A stretch of DNA of 55,065 nt from Vicinamibacterales bacterium (lineage in GTDB: Bacteria > Acidobacteriota > Vicinamibacteria > Vicinamibacterales > CAVVIG01). The notes beneath the pieces were generated by a model. The model was not told the DNA's origin. It did no database searches and saw nothing but the letters and a program-made list of their open reading frames with translations. Positions 36,050 through 45,590 of the stretch are shown piece after piece (within the stretch, counting starts at the first letter, position 1; every line of letters starts with the position of its first letter). The stretch covers positions 1 to 55,065 of the forward strand of contig JBEBGB010000001.1 of assembly GCA_040081675.1 (NCBI GenBank). The letters are read 5' to 3'. A program made the translations under genes and the position numbers.

Positions 36050-37164
36050 CACGTGAGGGACACGTGCGCGAGGTCGTGCACACAGTCCCTGCGCTGTTTT
36101 CGGACGACGACGGCATCATTGGCGGAGCGGAGCGCTACGTTCTCGAGCTCGCACGTCACATGGCAGACCGCGTGCCCACCTCGCTGGTCACGTTCGGGGG
36201 GCGCGACCGCGAGGAACGTCTGGGTGCACTGCGTATTCGGGTGATCGGACGGCCCTGGTACGTGCGCGGTCAGCGGAGCAACCCCGTCGCCTGGCGGCTG
36301 GTTGGCGAGCTCCGCCGGGCGGCCATCGTCCATTGCCACCAACAGCACATCGTCGCGAGCAGCATGTCGGGTGTCGTTGGTCAGCTGCTCGGGCGCCGTG
36401 TGTTCTGCACGGAGCTGGGTGGCGGCGGCTGGGACGTGTCCGCGTACGTGTCCACAGACCGGCTGTTCGATGCGCATCTGCATATCAGCGAGTACAGCCG
36501 TCGTATCGCGGGTCACGAAGGTAAACCCTGGGCGCACGTCATCTGGGGCGGCGTGGACACCGTAAAGTTTTCGCCGAGTCGCGTCAACAGCTCCTCGTCC
36601 GGCGTGCTCTTCGTTGGCCGGCTGCTGCCCCATAAAGGCGTCGACGACCTGATCCGCGCTCTGCCGCCGGATCTACCGGCGACCATCGTGGGCCCGGTGT
36701 GTAGCGAGCGCTATCTTGCCGATCTCGAGGCGCTCGCTGGCGGCAAGTCCGTGACGTTCCGGCACGACTGCGATGACGTCGCTCTCGTGGCCCTGTACAG
36801 AGGCGCGTCGTGCATTGTTCTGCCCAGCGTCTACGACGACATGTACGGCGGCCACACCGACGTGCCCGAGCTCCTCGGTCAGACGCTGCTCGAAGGAATG
36901 GCGTGCGGCGTCCCTGCGATTACGACAGCTGTTGCGAGTCTGCCGGAGATCGTCGAGCACGGCGTCAGTGGATTTGTCGTCCCATCAAAAGACTCGGCGG
37001 CTCTCACAGCAGCGATTCGTGCGTGCACCGACAAGGCGAGGTCTCGCGACTTGGGATGCGCCGCCAGGGCGCGCGTGGAAGCACGGTTCACGTGGACAGC
37101 GGTCGTCGACCGCTGTATGGAACACTACGGTCTGCACCCGAGTACGACCGCGACCCACACCTAG
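36046..37164 (+). CDS. GT-B fold glycosyltransferase (family 4-like)
   Basis: 'GGAERYVLELARHM', 'VLFVGRLLPHKGVDDLI', 'LLEGMACGVPAITTAVASLPEIV'. Confidence 0.85.
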   Translation: MTREGHVREVVHTVPALFSDDDGIIGGAERYVLELARHMADRVPTSLVTFGGRDREERLGALRIRVIGRPWYVRGQRSNPVAWRLVGELRRAAIVHCHQQHIVASSMSGVVGQLLGRRVFCTELGGGGWDVSAYVSTDRLFDAHLHISEYSRRIAGHEGKPWAHVIWGGVDTVKFSPSRVNSSSSGVLFVGRLLPHKGVDDLIRALPPDLPATIVGPVCSERYLADLEALAGGKSVTFRHDCDDVALVALYRGASCIVLPSVYDDMYGGHTDVPELLGQTLLEGMACGVPAITTAVASLPEIVEHGVSGFVVPSKDSAALTAAIRACTDKARSRDLGCAARARVEARFTWTAVVDRCMEHYGLHPSTTATHT

Positions 37165-37182
37165 CGGACGTCTTCGCTATCC

Positions 37183-38022
37183 GTGACATTCCTCCATCGA
37201 CTCATCGAGCTCCAACACCGGGCCTGGAGCGTTGCGTTTCGTTCGGCACTACTGCCTGTTGGCAGCCTGTTTCGACAGAACGATCGGCACCTGACGTGGA
37301 GACTGTGGGAGGCCTCTTCAGGAGCGAATCGACCCGGTGTCTATCCCGAAGTGAGCCTCGGTGCCATTCTGAGTGTCGACTCCACTGTCACCCTGCAGGC
37401 TCTTCCCAACCAGACGTACAACGTCACCGAGCTCGAACTGCTCGCTATCAGCGCCATCGTGAGGCAGAGGCAGGCACTCGTGGCGCTTGAATTCGGCACC
37501 GCCGACGGACGCACGACGCTGAACATCGCCGTCAACGCCGCACCCGGAGGCACTGTCTTCACGTTGAACCTGCCGCTGCAGCAAGCAGCGTCGCCGAGTG
37601 CGGACGTGAAGAACGGCACGTCGTGGCACGACAGCGCGGGGCACAAGCAGGATGTTCCGGTCGGGTTTCATTTCCTCAATCGAGAGACGCCTGCCTCGAT
37701 CGTCCAGCTGTGGGGCAATAGCCAGTCGTTCGACTTCGCGCCGTATCTTGGCAAGTGCGAGATGGTGTTCGTCGATGGCGATCACTTCGAACCCGGTGTC
37801 AGCATCGACTGCGAAACCGCGCTGATGCTGGTCGACCGTCGCGACAGCGTGGTGCTGTGGCACGACGCGCTTCGCTACGACGTGCAGACGGCACTGCCGC
37901 GTCTTGCGCGCAGAGACGGACTACCGATTCATCTCATTTCAGGCACGAACCTCGCTGCGCTGTTCTTTCTCGACGGCCAGGCAGTGGAGCCAGCCGTTTG
38001 GCAGAGGAGACGACGGGGATGA
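37183..38022 (+). CDS. Class I SAM-dependent methyltransferase (Methyltransf_24/CmcI-like)
   Basis: 'ALEFGTADGRTTLNIAVNA' (SAM motif I-like) and 'MVFVDGDHFEPGVSIDCETALMLV...VVLWHD'. GTG start uncertain. Confidence 0.6.
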   Translation: MTFLHRLIELQHRAWSVAFRSALLPVGSLFRQNDRHLTWRLWEASSGANRPGVYPEVSLGAILSVDSTVTLQALPNQTYNVTELELLAISAIVRQRQALVALEFGTADGRTTLNIAVNAAPGGTVFTLNLPLQQAASPSADVKNGTSWHDSAGHKQDVPVGFHFLNRETPASIVQLWGNSQSFDFAPYLGKCEMVFVDGDHFEPGVSIDCETALMLVDRRDSVVLWHDALRYDVQTALPRLARRDGLPIHLISGTNLAALFFLDGQAVEPAVWQRRRRG

Positions 38023-38777
38023 CCGCCGGACTCTACCTGCGATATCGGTGTTCACCGCTCTGCGAATGGATGTCGCGTCTCCGCGGCACGTCCCACGCAC
38101 AGTCGATGGACATTGATCGGGAGTTCTTTGGCGCGTTCTTTGTGGCGCATGGAATTCGACGCGTCTTTGATATTGGTGCAAATGTCGGAGACAAGTCGGC
38201 CGTCTTCTCGGAGTACGCCGACAGCGTGCTGTCCGTCGAGGCCGACCCGGTCATTGCCAGAGGATTGAGATCCAGGTTCGTCTTTCGCAGGAAGGTGACG
38301 GTGAGAAACGTGGCCGTTGGTGCTGCGGTCGGCACAGCCACGTTGTTCCGCAAGAATCATTCGGGCTTCAGCACTCTGTCAGAGAAGTGGTCGCAGGCAG
38401 TATTGGCACAGGGCGTGGTCGACAACGGCAGTGTTGATGTGCCTGTCACGACCCTGGATCTGCTGATCGATGAACACGGCATCCCTGACTATCTCAAGAT
38501 CGACATCGAAGGGCATGAGCTGCCGGCTGTGCGCGGACTGAACCGCCCGATTCGAGCCGTGAGCTTCGAGGCGAATCTTCCGACCTTCTACGAAGAGACG
38601 ATGACGATCGTCGACATGCTGTTGGAACGCTGGCCCGATGTGCGCTTCAACCTGCGGGTCCTGGACGCACCGCGATTTCACCTGAGGGACTTTGTTCCTG
38701 CGGACCAACTCGTCGCGGCGCTCGCCGGCCTGAGTCCGGTCACAACCGATGTGTTCGCCGTGGGATCACCGATCTGA
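38019..38777 (+). CDS. FkbM-family methyltransferase
   Basis: Trimmed to ATG 38019 (ATGA overlap). 'VFDIGANVGDKSAVFSEY...VLSVEADP' and 'DYLKIDIEGHELPAVRGL' are the FkbM hallmarks. Confidence 0.8.
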   Translation: MTAGLYLRYRCSPLCEWMSRLRGTSHAQSMDIDREFFGAFFVAHGIRRVFDIGANVGDKSAVFSEYADSVLSVEADPVIARGLRSRFVFRRKVTVRNVAVGAAVGTATLFRKNHSGFSTLSEKWSQAVLAQGVVDNGSVDVPVTTLDLLIDEHGIPDYLKIDIEGHELPAVRGLNRPIRAVSFEANLPTFYEETMTIVDMLLERWPDVRFNLRVLDAPRFHLRDFVPADQLVAALAGLSPVTTDVFAVGSPI

Positions 38778-39961
38778 TGCGAATCCTGATCACCAGCCAG
38801 TCGCGCGGTGTTCAGGGAGGAATAGAAACCTATTTGAGAGCCGTCTCACCCCGGCTGGTGGCTGGCGGACACGAGCTGGCGTGGCTCTTCGGTGATTCGG
38901 TTTCGAGTGGTCCTGGCGTGGATAGCGGACACGATGAACGGTCGTGGCGAACGGCCGACGACGCTGCTGCGCGAGCGGCGATCGAGCAGTGGCGACCAGA
39001 TGTGGTGTACGCGAATGGGCTTCACGATCCGGACTGGGACTCATGGCTCGCTCGCAGATTTCCGACCTGTTACTTCGCGCATGGTTTCTTTGGCGCGTGT
39101 ATCAGCGGCCGGAAATGCAATGGGGTCGGCGCGCTGCGCGTCTGTCAGCGCAAGCTTGGCCCGGCTTGCCTCGTGCACTATCTTCCGCAACGGTGCGGCG
39201 GGCGGAGCCCCATTCGCATGGTTCGCGACTACGGCCGCGAGCGGCATAGACAACGCAACCTCCAGGAATTCGCGGCGATCATCGTGGCCAGTACGTACAT
39301 GGCGCAGGAGTATCAACGGCAGGGGATCTCGAGCGATCGCGTGCATGTGTTGCCTTTATTTCCGGTGGGCATCGCGCCTGATCCAGAGCCACCCGCGCGT
39401 CGATCGAGTTGGACGAACAATGTGCTTCTGGTGAGCCGCTTGACGGACATCAAGGGAGCCGACCTCGTCGTCGACGCCGTCTCGATTGCAGGTGGGATTC
39501 TCGGTCGAACCCTTCGACTGGTGGTTTTGGGCGATGGTCCTCGACGCGCAGCGATCGGGAACGATTCAGCACGCTCCCATGTTCCCGTAGACATGATCGG
39601 ATGGGCGGACATCGAGCAGCGAAACGCTGCAATGCGCGATGCTGATGCGCTGCTGGTCCCAAGTGTGTGGCCGGAACCCTTTGGGTTGGTTGGAATCGAG
39701 GCCGGCTGCGTGGGGGTGCCCTCGGTCGCGTTCGCGGTCGGCGGCACTGGCGACTGGCTGAAGAGCGGGGAATCTGGCGAAGCGGCGGCCGGCGGCTCAC
39801 CGAACGCGAAGGGGCTCGGCGGGGCGCTTGCGCGGTTGCTGGCCAGCCCAGACACACATCACCGCCTGCGGATCGGCGCGTGGAGGGTCTCACAACAGTT
39901 CGGGATCGATCGCCACGTTGAACAACTCACGCGCATTCTCGAGAGTGGCCGTACTCGGTGA
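38777..39961 (+). CDS. GT-B fold glycosyltransferase (family 4-like)
   Basis: 'MRILITSQSRGVQGGIETY' and 'VPSVWPEPFGLVGIEAGCVGVPSVAFAVGG'. Start overlaps the upstream stop by 1 nt (TGATG). Confidence 0.8.
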   Translation: MRILITSQSRGVQGGIETYLRAVSPRLVAGGHELAWLFGDSVSSGPGVDSGHDERSWRTADDAAARAAIEQWRPDVVYANGLHDPDWDSWLARRFPTCYFAHGFFGACISGRKCNGVGALRVCQRKLGPACLVHYLPQRCGGRSPIRMVRDYGRERHRQRNLQEFAAIIVASTYMAQEYQRQGISSDRVHVLPLFPVGIAPDPEPPARRSSWTNNVLLVSRLTDIKGADLVVDAVSIAGGILGRTLRLVVLGDGPRRAAIGNDSARSHVPVDMIGWADIEQRNAAMRDADALLVPSVWPEPFGLVGIEAGCVGVPSVAFAVGGTGDWLKSGESGEAAAGGSPNAKGLGGALARLLASPDTHHRLRIGAWRVSQQFGIDRHVEQLTRILESGRTR

Positions 39962-40058
39962 AGTCCTCAGGCCTGCGCGTCAGTAGAAGCTCTGACACGC
40001 ACGCCATCTCGCCGTCGCGCGCGCTGCCCCTGCCATTGCCTGCGGCTGAGGGCGCCGT

Positions 40059-41204
40059 GTGACCGCGTCGCCGCTGCGGGTCGCGCTGGTCGCTGACTTG
40101 CTCTCCGAACGATGGCCCAGCATGGATCTGGTAGCGGACATGTTGTTCGCGCAAATGCGCGACGCCGGATCGGACCGATCGATGCGCGTTGACCTGCTTC
40201 GCCCGACGCTGTCGAGCCGCGGAGAGCGTGTCGGCAGATACGTCAATCGGTTCTGGGACTATTCACGGTGGCTGCGGAAGCGAGCGCGTGACTTCGACGT
40301 GTTTCACGTCGTCGATCACAGCTACGCGCACCTTGTGCACGTGCTTCCGGCTGGGCGGGCGATCGTAACCTGCCATGATGTGGACGCGTTCATGCCCCTG
40401 GTTGATGCGCGAGTGATCCCCACTCGACTGCCAAAGACGCTGACTCGATTTGTGTTGTCGGGCATGGCGAAGTCGGCCTGCGTGACGTGTGATTCTCGCG
40501 CCACTTACGACGAGGCACGACGCCACCGTTTCGTCGCACCGGACCGACTTCTGGTCGTGCCGATTGGCGTCGATCCCGCGCTGTCATCCAGGCCTGAGCC
40601 AGCGGCAGACGCCGCCATCGACAGTCTCCTGGGCCCGCGTCGAGCCGACGTTGTCGAACTGCTGCATGTGGGGTCCTGCATTCCGCGCAAGCGAATCGAT
40701 GTGCTGTTGAAGGTCCTGCGAGCGGTGCGCGACGTCGATCCTCGGGTTCGATTGCTCAAGGCCGGCGGCTCGTTGACTCGCGAGCAATTGGCGCTTGCGA
40801 GGACCCTCGCAGTGGACGCGCACATCGTTCAATTGCCCTTTCTCGAATCTCGAACGCTCGGTGCACTCTACCGTCGCGCAGCGGTGACGATCGTGACTTC
40901 CGAGCGCGAAGGTTTCGGTCTGCCGGTCGTCGAGGCCGCGGCGTGCGGCACCCCCGTCGTGGCCACTGACATCCCCGTGCTCCGAGAGGTCGGCGGCAGC
41001 GCGGCCGCCTATGCGCCGCTTGACGATATAGGTCGTTGGCAAGAAGCGATCGTCAGCTATCTGGCCGCCGGCCGAGACGTGGCTCAGTCTCGGCGCATGG
41101 GCGAGGAAGCCGCCGCGCGATTCAGTTGGCGCTCCTGCGCCACAGCCATGGCGGCAATTTACGCTGACGTGGGCCGACGAGCCGCCGACGCAAGTACTCC
41201 ATGA
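40059..41204 (+). CDS. GT-B fold glycosyltransferase (family 4-like)
   Basis: 'LLHVGSCIPRKRIDVLL' and 'TSEREGFGLPVVEAAACGTPVVATDIPVLREV'. Confidence 0.85.
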   Translation: MTASPLRVALVADLLSERWPSMDLVADMLFAQMRDAGSDRSMRVDLLRPTLSSRGERVGRYVNRFWDYSRWLRKRARDFDVFHVVDHSYAHLVHVLPAGRAIVTCHDVDAFMPLVDARVIPTRLPKTLTRFVLSGMAKSACVTCDSRATYDEARRHRFVAPDRLLVVPIGVDPALSSRPEPAADAAIDSLLGPRRADVVELLHVGSCIPRKRIDVLLKVLRAVRDVDPRVRLLKAGGSLTREQLALARTLAVDAHIVQLPFLESRTLGALYRRAAVTIVTSEREGFGLPVVEAAACGTPVVATDIPVLREVGGSAAAYAPLDDIGRWQEAIVSYLAAGRDVAQSRRMGEEAAARFSWRSCATAMAAIYADVGRRAADASTP

Positions 41205-42364
41205 GTGGAGCAGGAAAACGCGGCGGGGAGTCACGCATCGTCGGGTTGGACGGCCTTCGGGCCTTGTCGATTCTGCTGGTGGTGCTCGGCCACGGATGGT
41301 CGACGATTCCGATCGCTCGAAACTTCCCGGGTCTTGGCAGATACCTGGGGAACAGTTCGCTTGGGGTGACGACGTTCTTTGTGATCAGTGGTTACTTGAT
41401 CACGTTTCTGCTCTGCAACGAACGCCGACGCTCGGGCACCATCTCGCTTCCAGCGTTCTACATGCGACGCGTGCTGCGGATTTTCCCCGCCCTGTACGTC
41501 TATCTCCTTGTCCTGGTGCTGGTACGGTCGCTCGGCCTGATTCACACCACCAACGGCGATCTCGGCATAGCCGCGACGTACCTCGCCAACTACAATCATC
41601 TGCTCCCGATCACGACAAACGCCGACTACTGGTTCGTCGGACACTTCTGGTCACTGTCGTTGGAAGAGCAGTTCTATCTGCTGTGGCCCGTTACCCTGCT
41701 CGTGGCTGGTCTGACACGGTCGCGCGCGGTCGCGCTGCTCATCGTGGTGGCATCGCCCGTGATAAGAGTGATCACCTACGCCGTCTGGCCCGAAGCCAGA
41801 GGGCAAATCGGGATGATGCTTCAGACGGCGGTCGATTCGATCATGGTGGGTTGCTATCTCGCGCTGGTCCACGAACAACCTGGCGTCACGGCGTTCTGGA
41901 ACAGGGTGTCATCCTGGGTCTGGCCGCTCGCGGCAAGTGTGTTCCTCGTCCTCGTCTCACCCTGGATGACGTTTCGTTTCGAAGGCGCTTACACCATCAC
42001 GATCGGCATGACGCTGAACAGTCTCGCTATTGCCTTGCTGATTGGCTGGGTCGTCAGAAGCCCCGAGTCAGGATTCAGCCGCGCCCTGTCGACGCCCGCC
42101 TTGCGCTACATCGGGACCCGGTCCTACGGCTTGTATCTGTGGCAGCAGCTCTTTCTCGCACCGAAGGTTGCGATGTGGGTCTTTCCGTTTCCCCTGAACG
42201 TGGTCGCGATTCTGATGGCTGCCGAGTGTTCTTACCGGTGCGTCGAGCGGCCGTTTCTAGGGATGCGGGATCGCTTCCGCGGCGCGACACGCGAGCCAGC
42301 TCGTCACGAGTCATCTCTCGTGTCCACTCACCTTCGCGCCACGCAGCCTGCGATAGACCAGTGA
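41201..42364 (+). CDS. Acyltransferase family 3 membrane protein
   Basis: 'GLDGLRALSILLVVLGHG' N-terminal His motif, about 10 TM segments, and 'LGTRSYGLYLWQ' near the C-terminus. ATGA overlap with the upstream gene. Confidence 0.85.
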   Translation: MSGAGKRGGESRIVGLDGLRALSILLVVLGHGWSTIPIARNFPGLGRYLGNSSLGVTTFFVISGYLITFLLCNERRRSGTISLPAFYMRRVLRIFPALYVYLLVLVLVRSLGLIHTTNGDLGIAATYLANYNHLLPITTNADYWFVGHFWSLSLEEQFYLLWPVTLLVAGLTRSRAVALLIVVASPVIRVITYAVWPEARGQIGMMLQTAVDSIMVGCYLALVHEQPGVTAFWNRVSSWVWPLAASVFLVLVSPWMTFRFEGAYTITIGMTLNSLAIALLIGWVVRSPESGFSRALSTPALRYIGTRSYGLYLWQQLFLAPKVAMWVFPFPLNVVAILMAAECSYRCVERPFLGMRDRFRGATREPARHESSLVSTHLRATQPAIDQ

Positions 42365-43533
42365 CACGCACGAACACGTTGCGCGTGCTACACGTAGGCA
42401 AGTTCTATCCGCCTTCGCGCGGCGGCATGGAGAAGGTGCTACAGGTGCTGGCCGAGGCCGAGCGGTCCGTCGTGGACAACCATGTGCTCGTTGCGAACGA
42501 GGGCCTGTCCACCGTGCGCGAGACGGTCAACGGAGTCCCTGTCACACGCGTCGGCTCGGTGACACGCGTCGGCGCTGTCGCGGTCTGCCCGGCGTTTCCG
42601 TTCTGGATGCGTTCCCTGGACGCGGATGTCATGGTCGTCCATGAGCCGAACCCTGTGGCACTGGTTGCTCATGCGCTCGTGCGCCCCACATCCAAACTCG
42701 TGTTCTGGGTGCATGCAGAGGTCGTGAGGCCTGCGTGGCGGTACAAGGTGTTCTATCGGCCGTTTCTTCGTCGCATGCTCGCGCGCGCCGACCGCATCGT
42801 CGTCGCCTCGCCGCAGATGGTCGAGTGTGCCGCGGAACTCCAGCCGTATCGAGACAAGTGCACCGTGATTCCGTACGGACTCGATGCCGACCAGCACACG
42901 CCGACAGCTGCTATCGCTGCTCGCGTCGCCGCGCTGAAGGCGAAGTCCGATGACCCGATCGTGCTCTTCGTCGGACGGCTCGTGCCCTACAAGGGAGTTG
43001 ACGTTCTCCTGCGTGCCGCTCGGAACGTCAGAGCCCGCGTTGTGATTGTGGGCGACGGGCCGATGCGCCCGGCTCTGGAGCAACAGGCCCGAGAGCTGGA
43101 AATCGCAGACCGGGTCCAATTCACCGGCAATGCAGGTGCGGAGGAGCTGTCGGCTCTCTACAACGCGTGCGATCTCCTCGTCTTGCCGTCTGTCACGAGG
43201 GCTGAAGCCTTCGGCATGGTGCAGCTAGAGGCCATGTCCTGTCGCAAGCCGGTCATCTGCACTGATCTGCCTTCGGGAGTTCCGTGGGTGAATCAGCACG
43301 GCATCACAGGACTGGTGGTGCCTCCGCAAGATCCGGCAGCACTCGCGTCGGCAATGTCCGCGCTCCTCTCCGACCCCGCTACGCGCTCCAGAATGGGCGA
43401 ACTGGGACGCGCGCGCGTCAACAGTCAGTTCACCGTCAGCCGTCTGGTCGAGCAGACGACGCTTCTCTACCGTTCGCTCGTCCAACCGGTGCCAGCGACA
43501 GCTGCCTTGGCAACCTGGCGAGTGGAACGATGA
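42361..43533 (+). CDS. GT-B fold glycosyltransferase (family 4-like)
   Basis: Trimmed to GTG 42361 (GTGA overlap). 'LRVLHVGKFYPPSRGGMEKV', 'VLFVGRLVPYKGVDVLL', 'EAFGMVQLEAMSCRKPVICTDL'. Confidence 0.85.
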   Translation: MTRTNTLRVLHVGKFYPPSRGGMEKVLQVLAEAERSVVDNHVLVANEGLSTVRETVNGVPVTRVGSVTRVGAVAVCPAFPFWMRSLDADVMVVHEPNPVALVAHALVRPTSKLVFWVHAEVVRPAWRYKVFYRPFLRRMLARADRIVVASPQMVECAAELQPYRDKCTVIPYGLDADQHTPTAAIAARVAALKAKSDDPIVLFVGRLVPYKGVDVLLRAARNVRARVVIVGDGPMRPALEQQARELEIADRVQFTGNAGAEELSALYNACDLLVLPSVTRAEAFGMVQLEAMSCRKPVICTDLPSGVPWVNQHGITGLVVPPQDPAALASAMSALLSDPATRSRMGELGRARVNSQFTVSRLVEQTTLLYRSLVQPVPATAALATWRVER

Positions 43534-44195
43534 AGGCGACGGCTGTCGGGACGCCCCCGCTGCGCGCCGCACTGCCGCCAGTGCCCGTGCCGCTTGGTAA
43601 ACGCGCGCTTGACGTCTGTCTCTCGGGCATCGGCCTGCTGGGTTCGGCGCCTATCTGGCTGGCCTTGGCCGTGGCAATCAAGCGCGAAGACGGTGGCCCG
43701 ATTTTCTACACGCAGGACCGGGTAGGAGAGGGCGGCCGGGTGTTCACCGTGTTCAAGTTTCGCTCGATGATCCCCAACGCGGAGGCTGTCGTCGGTGCTG
43801 TGCAGGCCACTGAGGAAGACCCTCGCGTGACACGAGTGGGCAGACTCATGCGAGCGACTGCGATGGACGAATTGCCGCAACTATGGAACATCTTCCGCGG
43901 CGACATGAGCTTTGTCGGTCCGCGCGCGCTTCGGCCGGGTGAAATTGAAGCGACCGGCGAGGCGCTCGTGGCCCTGGAGGATGTTCCTGGATACGCCGAC
44001 CGCTGTCGCGTTCGCCCGGGTTTGACGGGCGTCGCGCAAGTCTACGCGCCGCGAGACGTTGGGCGCCGTAACAAGTTTCGCTACGACCGGGTCTATACAC
44101 TGCGTCAGAGTTTCTGGCTCGATGTGCGACTTATCCTGCTCTCGTTCTGGATCACGTTCCGTGGCCGGTGGGAGCACCGCGGCGAAAAGATATAG
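43530..44195 (+). CDS. Small single-domain polyprenyl-phosphate sugar phosphotransferase (bacterial sugar transferase)
   Basis: Trimmed to ATG 43530 (ATGA overlap). 'PIFYTQDRVGEGGRVFTVFKFRSM' and 'MDELPQLWNIFRGDMSFVGPRA'. Confidence 0.9.
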   Translation: MKATAVGTPPLRAALPPVPVPLGKRALDVCLSGIGLLGSAPIWLALAVAIKREDGGPIFYTQDRVGEGGRVFTVFKFRSMIPNAEAVVGAVQATEEDPRVTRVGRLMRATAMDELPQLWNIFRGDMSFVGPRALRPGEIEATGEALVALEDVPGYADRCRVRPGLTGVAQVYAPRDVGRRNKFRYDRVYTLRQSFWLDVRLILLSFWITFRGRWEHRGEKI

Positions 44196-44254
44196 CGCGC
44201 GCGCGCTCTCTCTCCGTCCCTTCCTTCCTTCCTTTCTTCCTTCCTTTCTTTCTC
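44195..44254. repeat. (GC)6 alternating tract fused to a CT/CCTT-type pyrimidine-rich tract whose last 38 nt (44217-44254) are uninterrupted
   Basis: GCGCGCGCGCGC (44195-44206) is followed by CTCTCTCTCCGTCCCTTCCTTCCTTCCTTTCTTCCTTCCTTTCTTTCTC. The top strand is pure pyrimidine over 44217-44254. The tract begins at the last base of the sugar-transferase stop codon. Confidence 0.9.
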
Positions 44255-44396
44255 GCCGCCTACGGGCGCTCACTCCTCCTCCTGATAGCCCGTCTGAGCT
44301 GTTACGCCTCACGATCGCTGTCCCGGCCGGTGGGTCTGCTCCGCACGTGCGGGCCAGCATCATCAGCGGGCATCGTGAGGTACTCTTAGACCGACG

Positions 44397-45590
44397 ATGC
44401 ATGACGTCCTGGTTGTAGGCGGGGGCCCCGGAGGTCTGTACACCGCCACGCTATTAGCGCGTGAAGGGCTTGACGTGGCAGTCCTCGAGGAGCACGCGAC
44501 ACCGGGTGAACCCGTCCACTGCACCGGGGTACTTGCTGTAGAAGCATTCAGCGAGTTCGGGCTCTCGCGCCAGCCAATCCTGAACGCACTCGCCACGGCA
44601 CGATTCATTTCACCATCAGGCTTGTCGATCGCCCACACGACGCCGCGAACCGAGGCGCTCGTGATCGATCGCGCACTGTTCGACCAGGACCTTCATCGAC
44701 AGGCACGCGAGGCCGGTGCGACCGTCGTTCTCGGCACGCGCGTGAACGCGGTCGACGTCGACAGTACTGGCGTGACGCTGCGAACCGCAGACCGTCATTT
44801 CAGGGCCAGGGCCTGCGTGCTGGCCTGCGGCGCCAACTACTCGTTGCATCGGCAACTCGGTCTCGGTCTCCCCGCGGCCTATTTGCGTTCCGCCCAACTC
44901 GAGATGCGAGCCGCTCGAACTGCCGATGTCGAGGTGTACTTCGGCAACGACGTCGCGCCTCAGGGTTTCGCGTGGGTCGTTCCCGTTGAACGAGGCGCCG
45001 AGCGCTACGCGCGCGTCGGCCTGATGTGCGAAGAAGACCCGTCGGGACACTTTCGACGCTTCGTGGCGCGCAATCGAGAGCCGCTCGGATTGACGGTGCC
45101 GTGCGGGCCAGACGGCGATGTCGTCCCTCGCCAGAAGATCCTGCCGCTGGCGCCTATCGCACACACGTACGCCGACCGCGTCATTGCCGTCGGCGACGCC
45201 GCAGGACTCGTAAAGGCCACGACAGGCGGCGGCATCTACTACAGCCTGGTCTCCGCGTCGATCGGCGCCGACGTTCTCACCGCGGCCCTGAGAACGAACA
45301 CGCTCGAGAGCGCCAGCCTCGCCGCCTACCAGCAGCGCTGGCAGCAGCGACTCGGGCCCGAACTCGACGCGCAGTACTCACTACGCGAGCTCGCCGAGCG
45401 GATGGACGATGACGAGATCGATGCGCTATTCGATCTCGCGCAAACCAACGGTGTGATGCCCATCGTGCGTCGCACCGCGCGCTTCAATCAGCATCGCGAC
45501 CTGATCCTGTCGTTGCTGAAGCATCCTCCCGCGCGCCGGCTCCTCTTCAGGGAGCTCGTGACCCGTGCCACCGCCTTCCCGCTCCGCTAA
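44397..45590 (+). CDS. FAD-dependent oxidoreductase of the geranylgeranyl-reductase family
   Basis: 'HDVLVVGGGPGGLYTATLLAREGLDVAVLEE' and 'RVIAVGDAAGLVKATTGGGIYYS'. 397 aa. Confidence 0.8.
   Translation: MHDVLVVGGGPGGLYTATLLAREGLDVAVLEEHATPGEPVHCTGVLAVEAFSEFGLSRQPILNALATARFISPSGLSIAHTTPRTEALVIDRALFDQDLHRQAREAGATVVLGTRVNAVDVDSTGVTLRTADRHFRARACVLACGANYSLHRQLGLGLPAAYLRSAQLEMRAARTADVEVYFGNDVAPQGFAWVVPVERGAERYARVGLMCEEDPSGHFRRFVARNREPLGLTVPCGPDGDVVPRQKILPLAPIAHTYADRVIAVGDAAGLVKATTGGGIYYSLVSASIGADVLTAALRTNTLESASLAAYQQRWQQRLGPELDAQYSLRELAERMDDDEIDALFDLAQTNGVMPIVRRTARFNQHRDLILSLLKHPPARRLLFRELVTRATAFPLR

Noticed and set aside
43881-44402. 173-aa minus-strand ORF containing 'RRRERKEGRKEGRKGRRE'
   Set aside because: It is an artefact of translating the polypurine complement of the CCTT microsatellite, and it overlaps the 3' end of the sugar-transferase gene.
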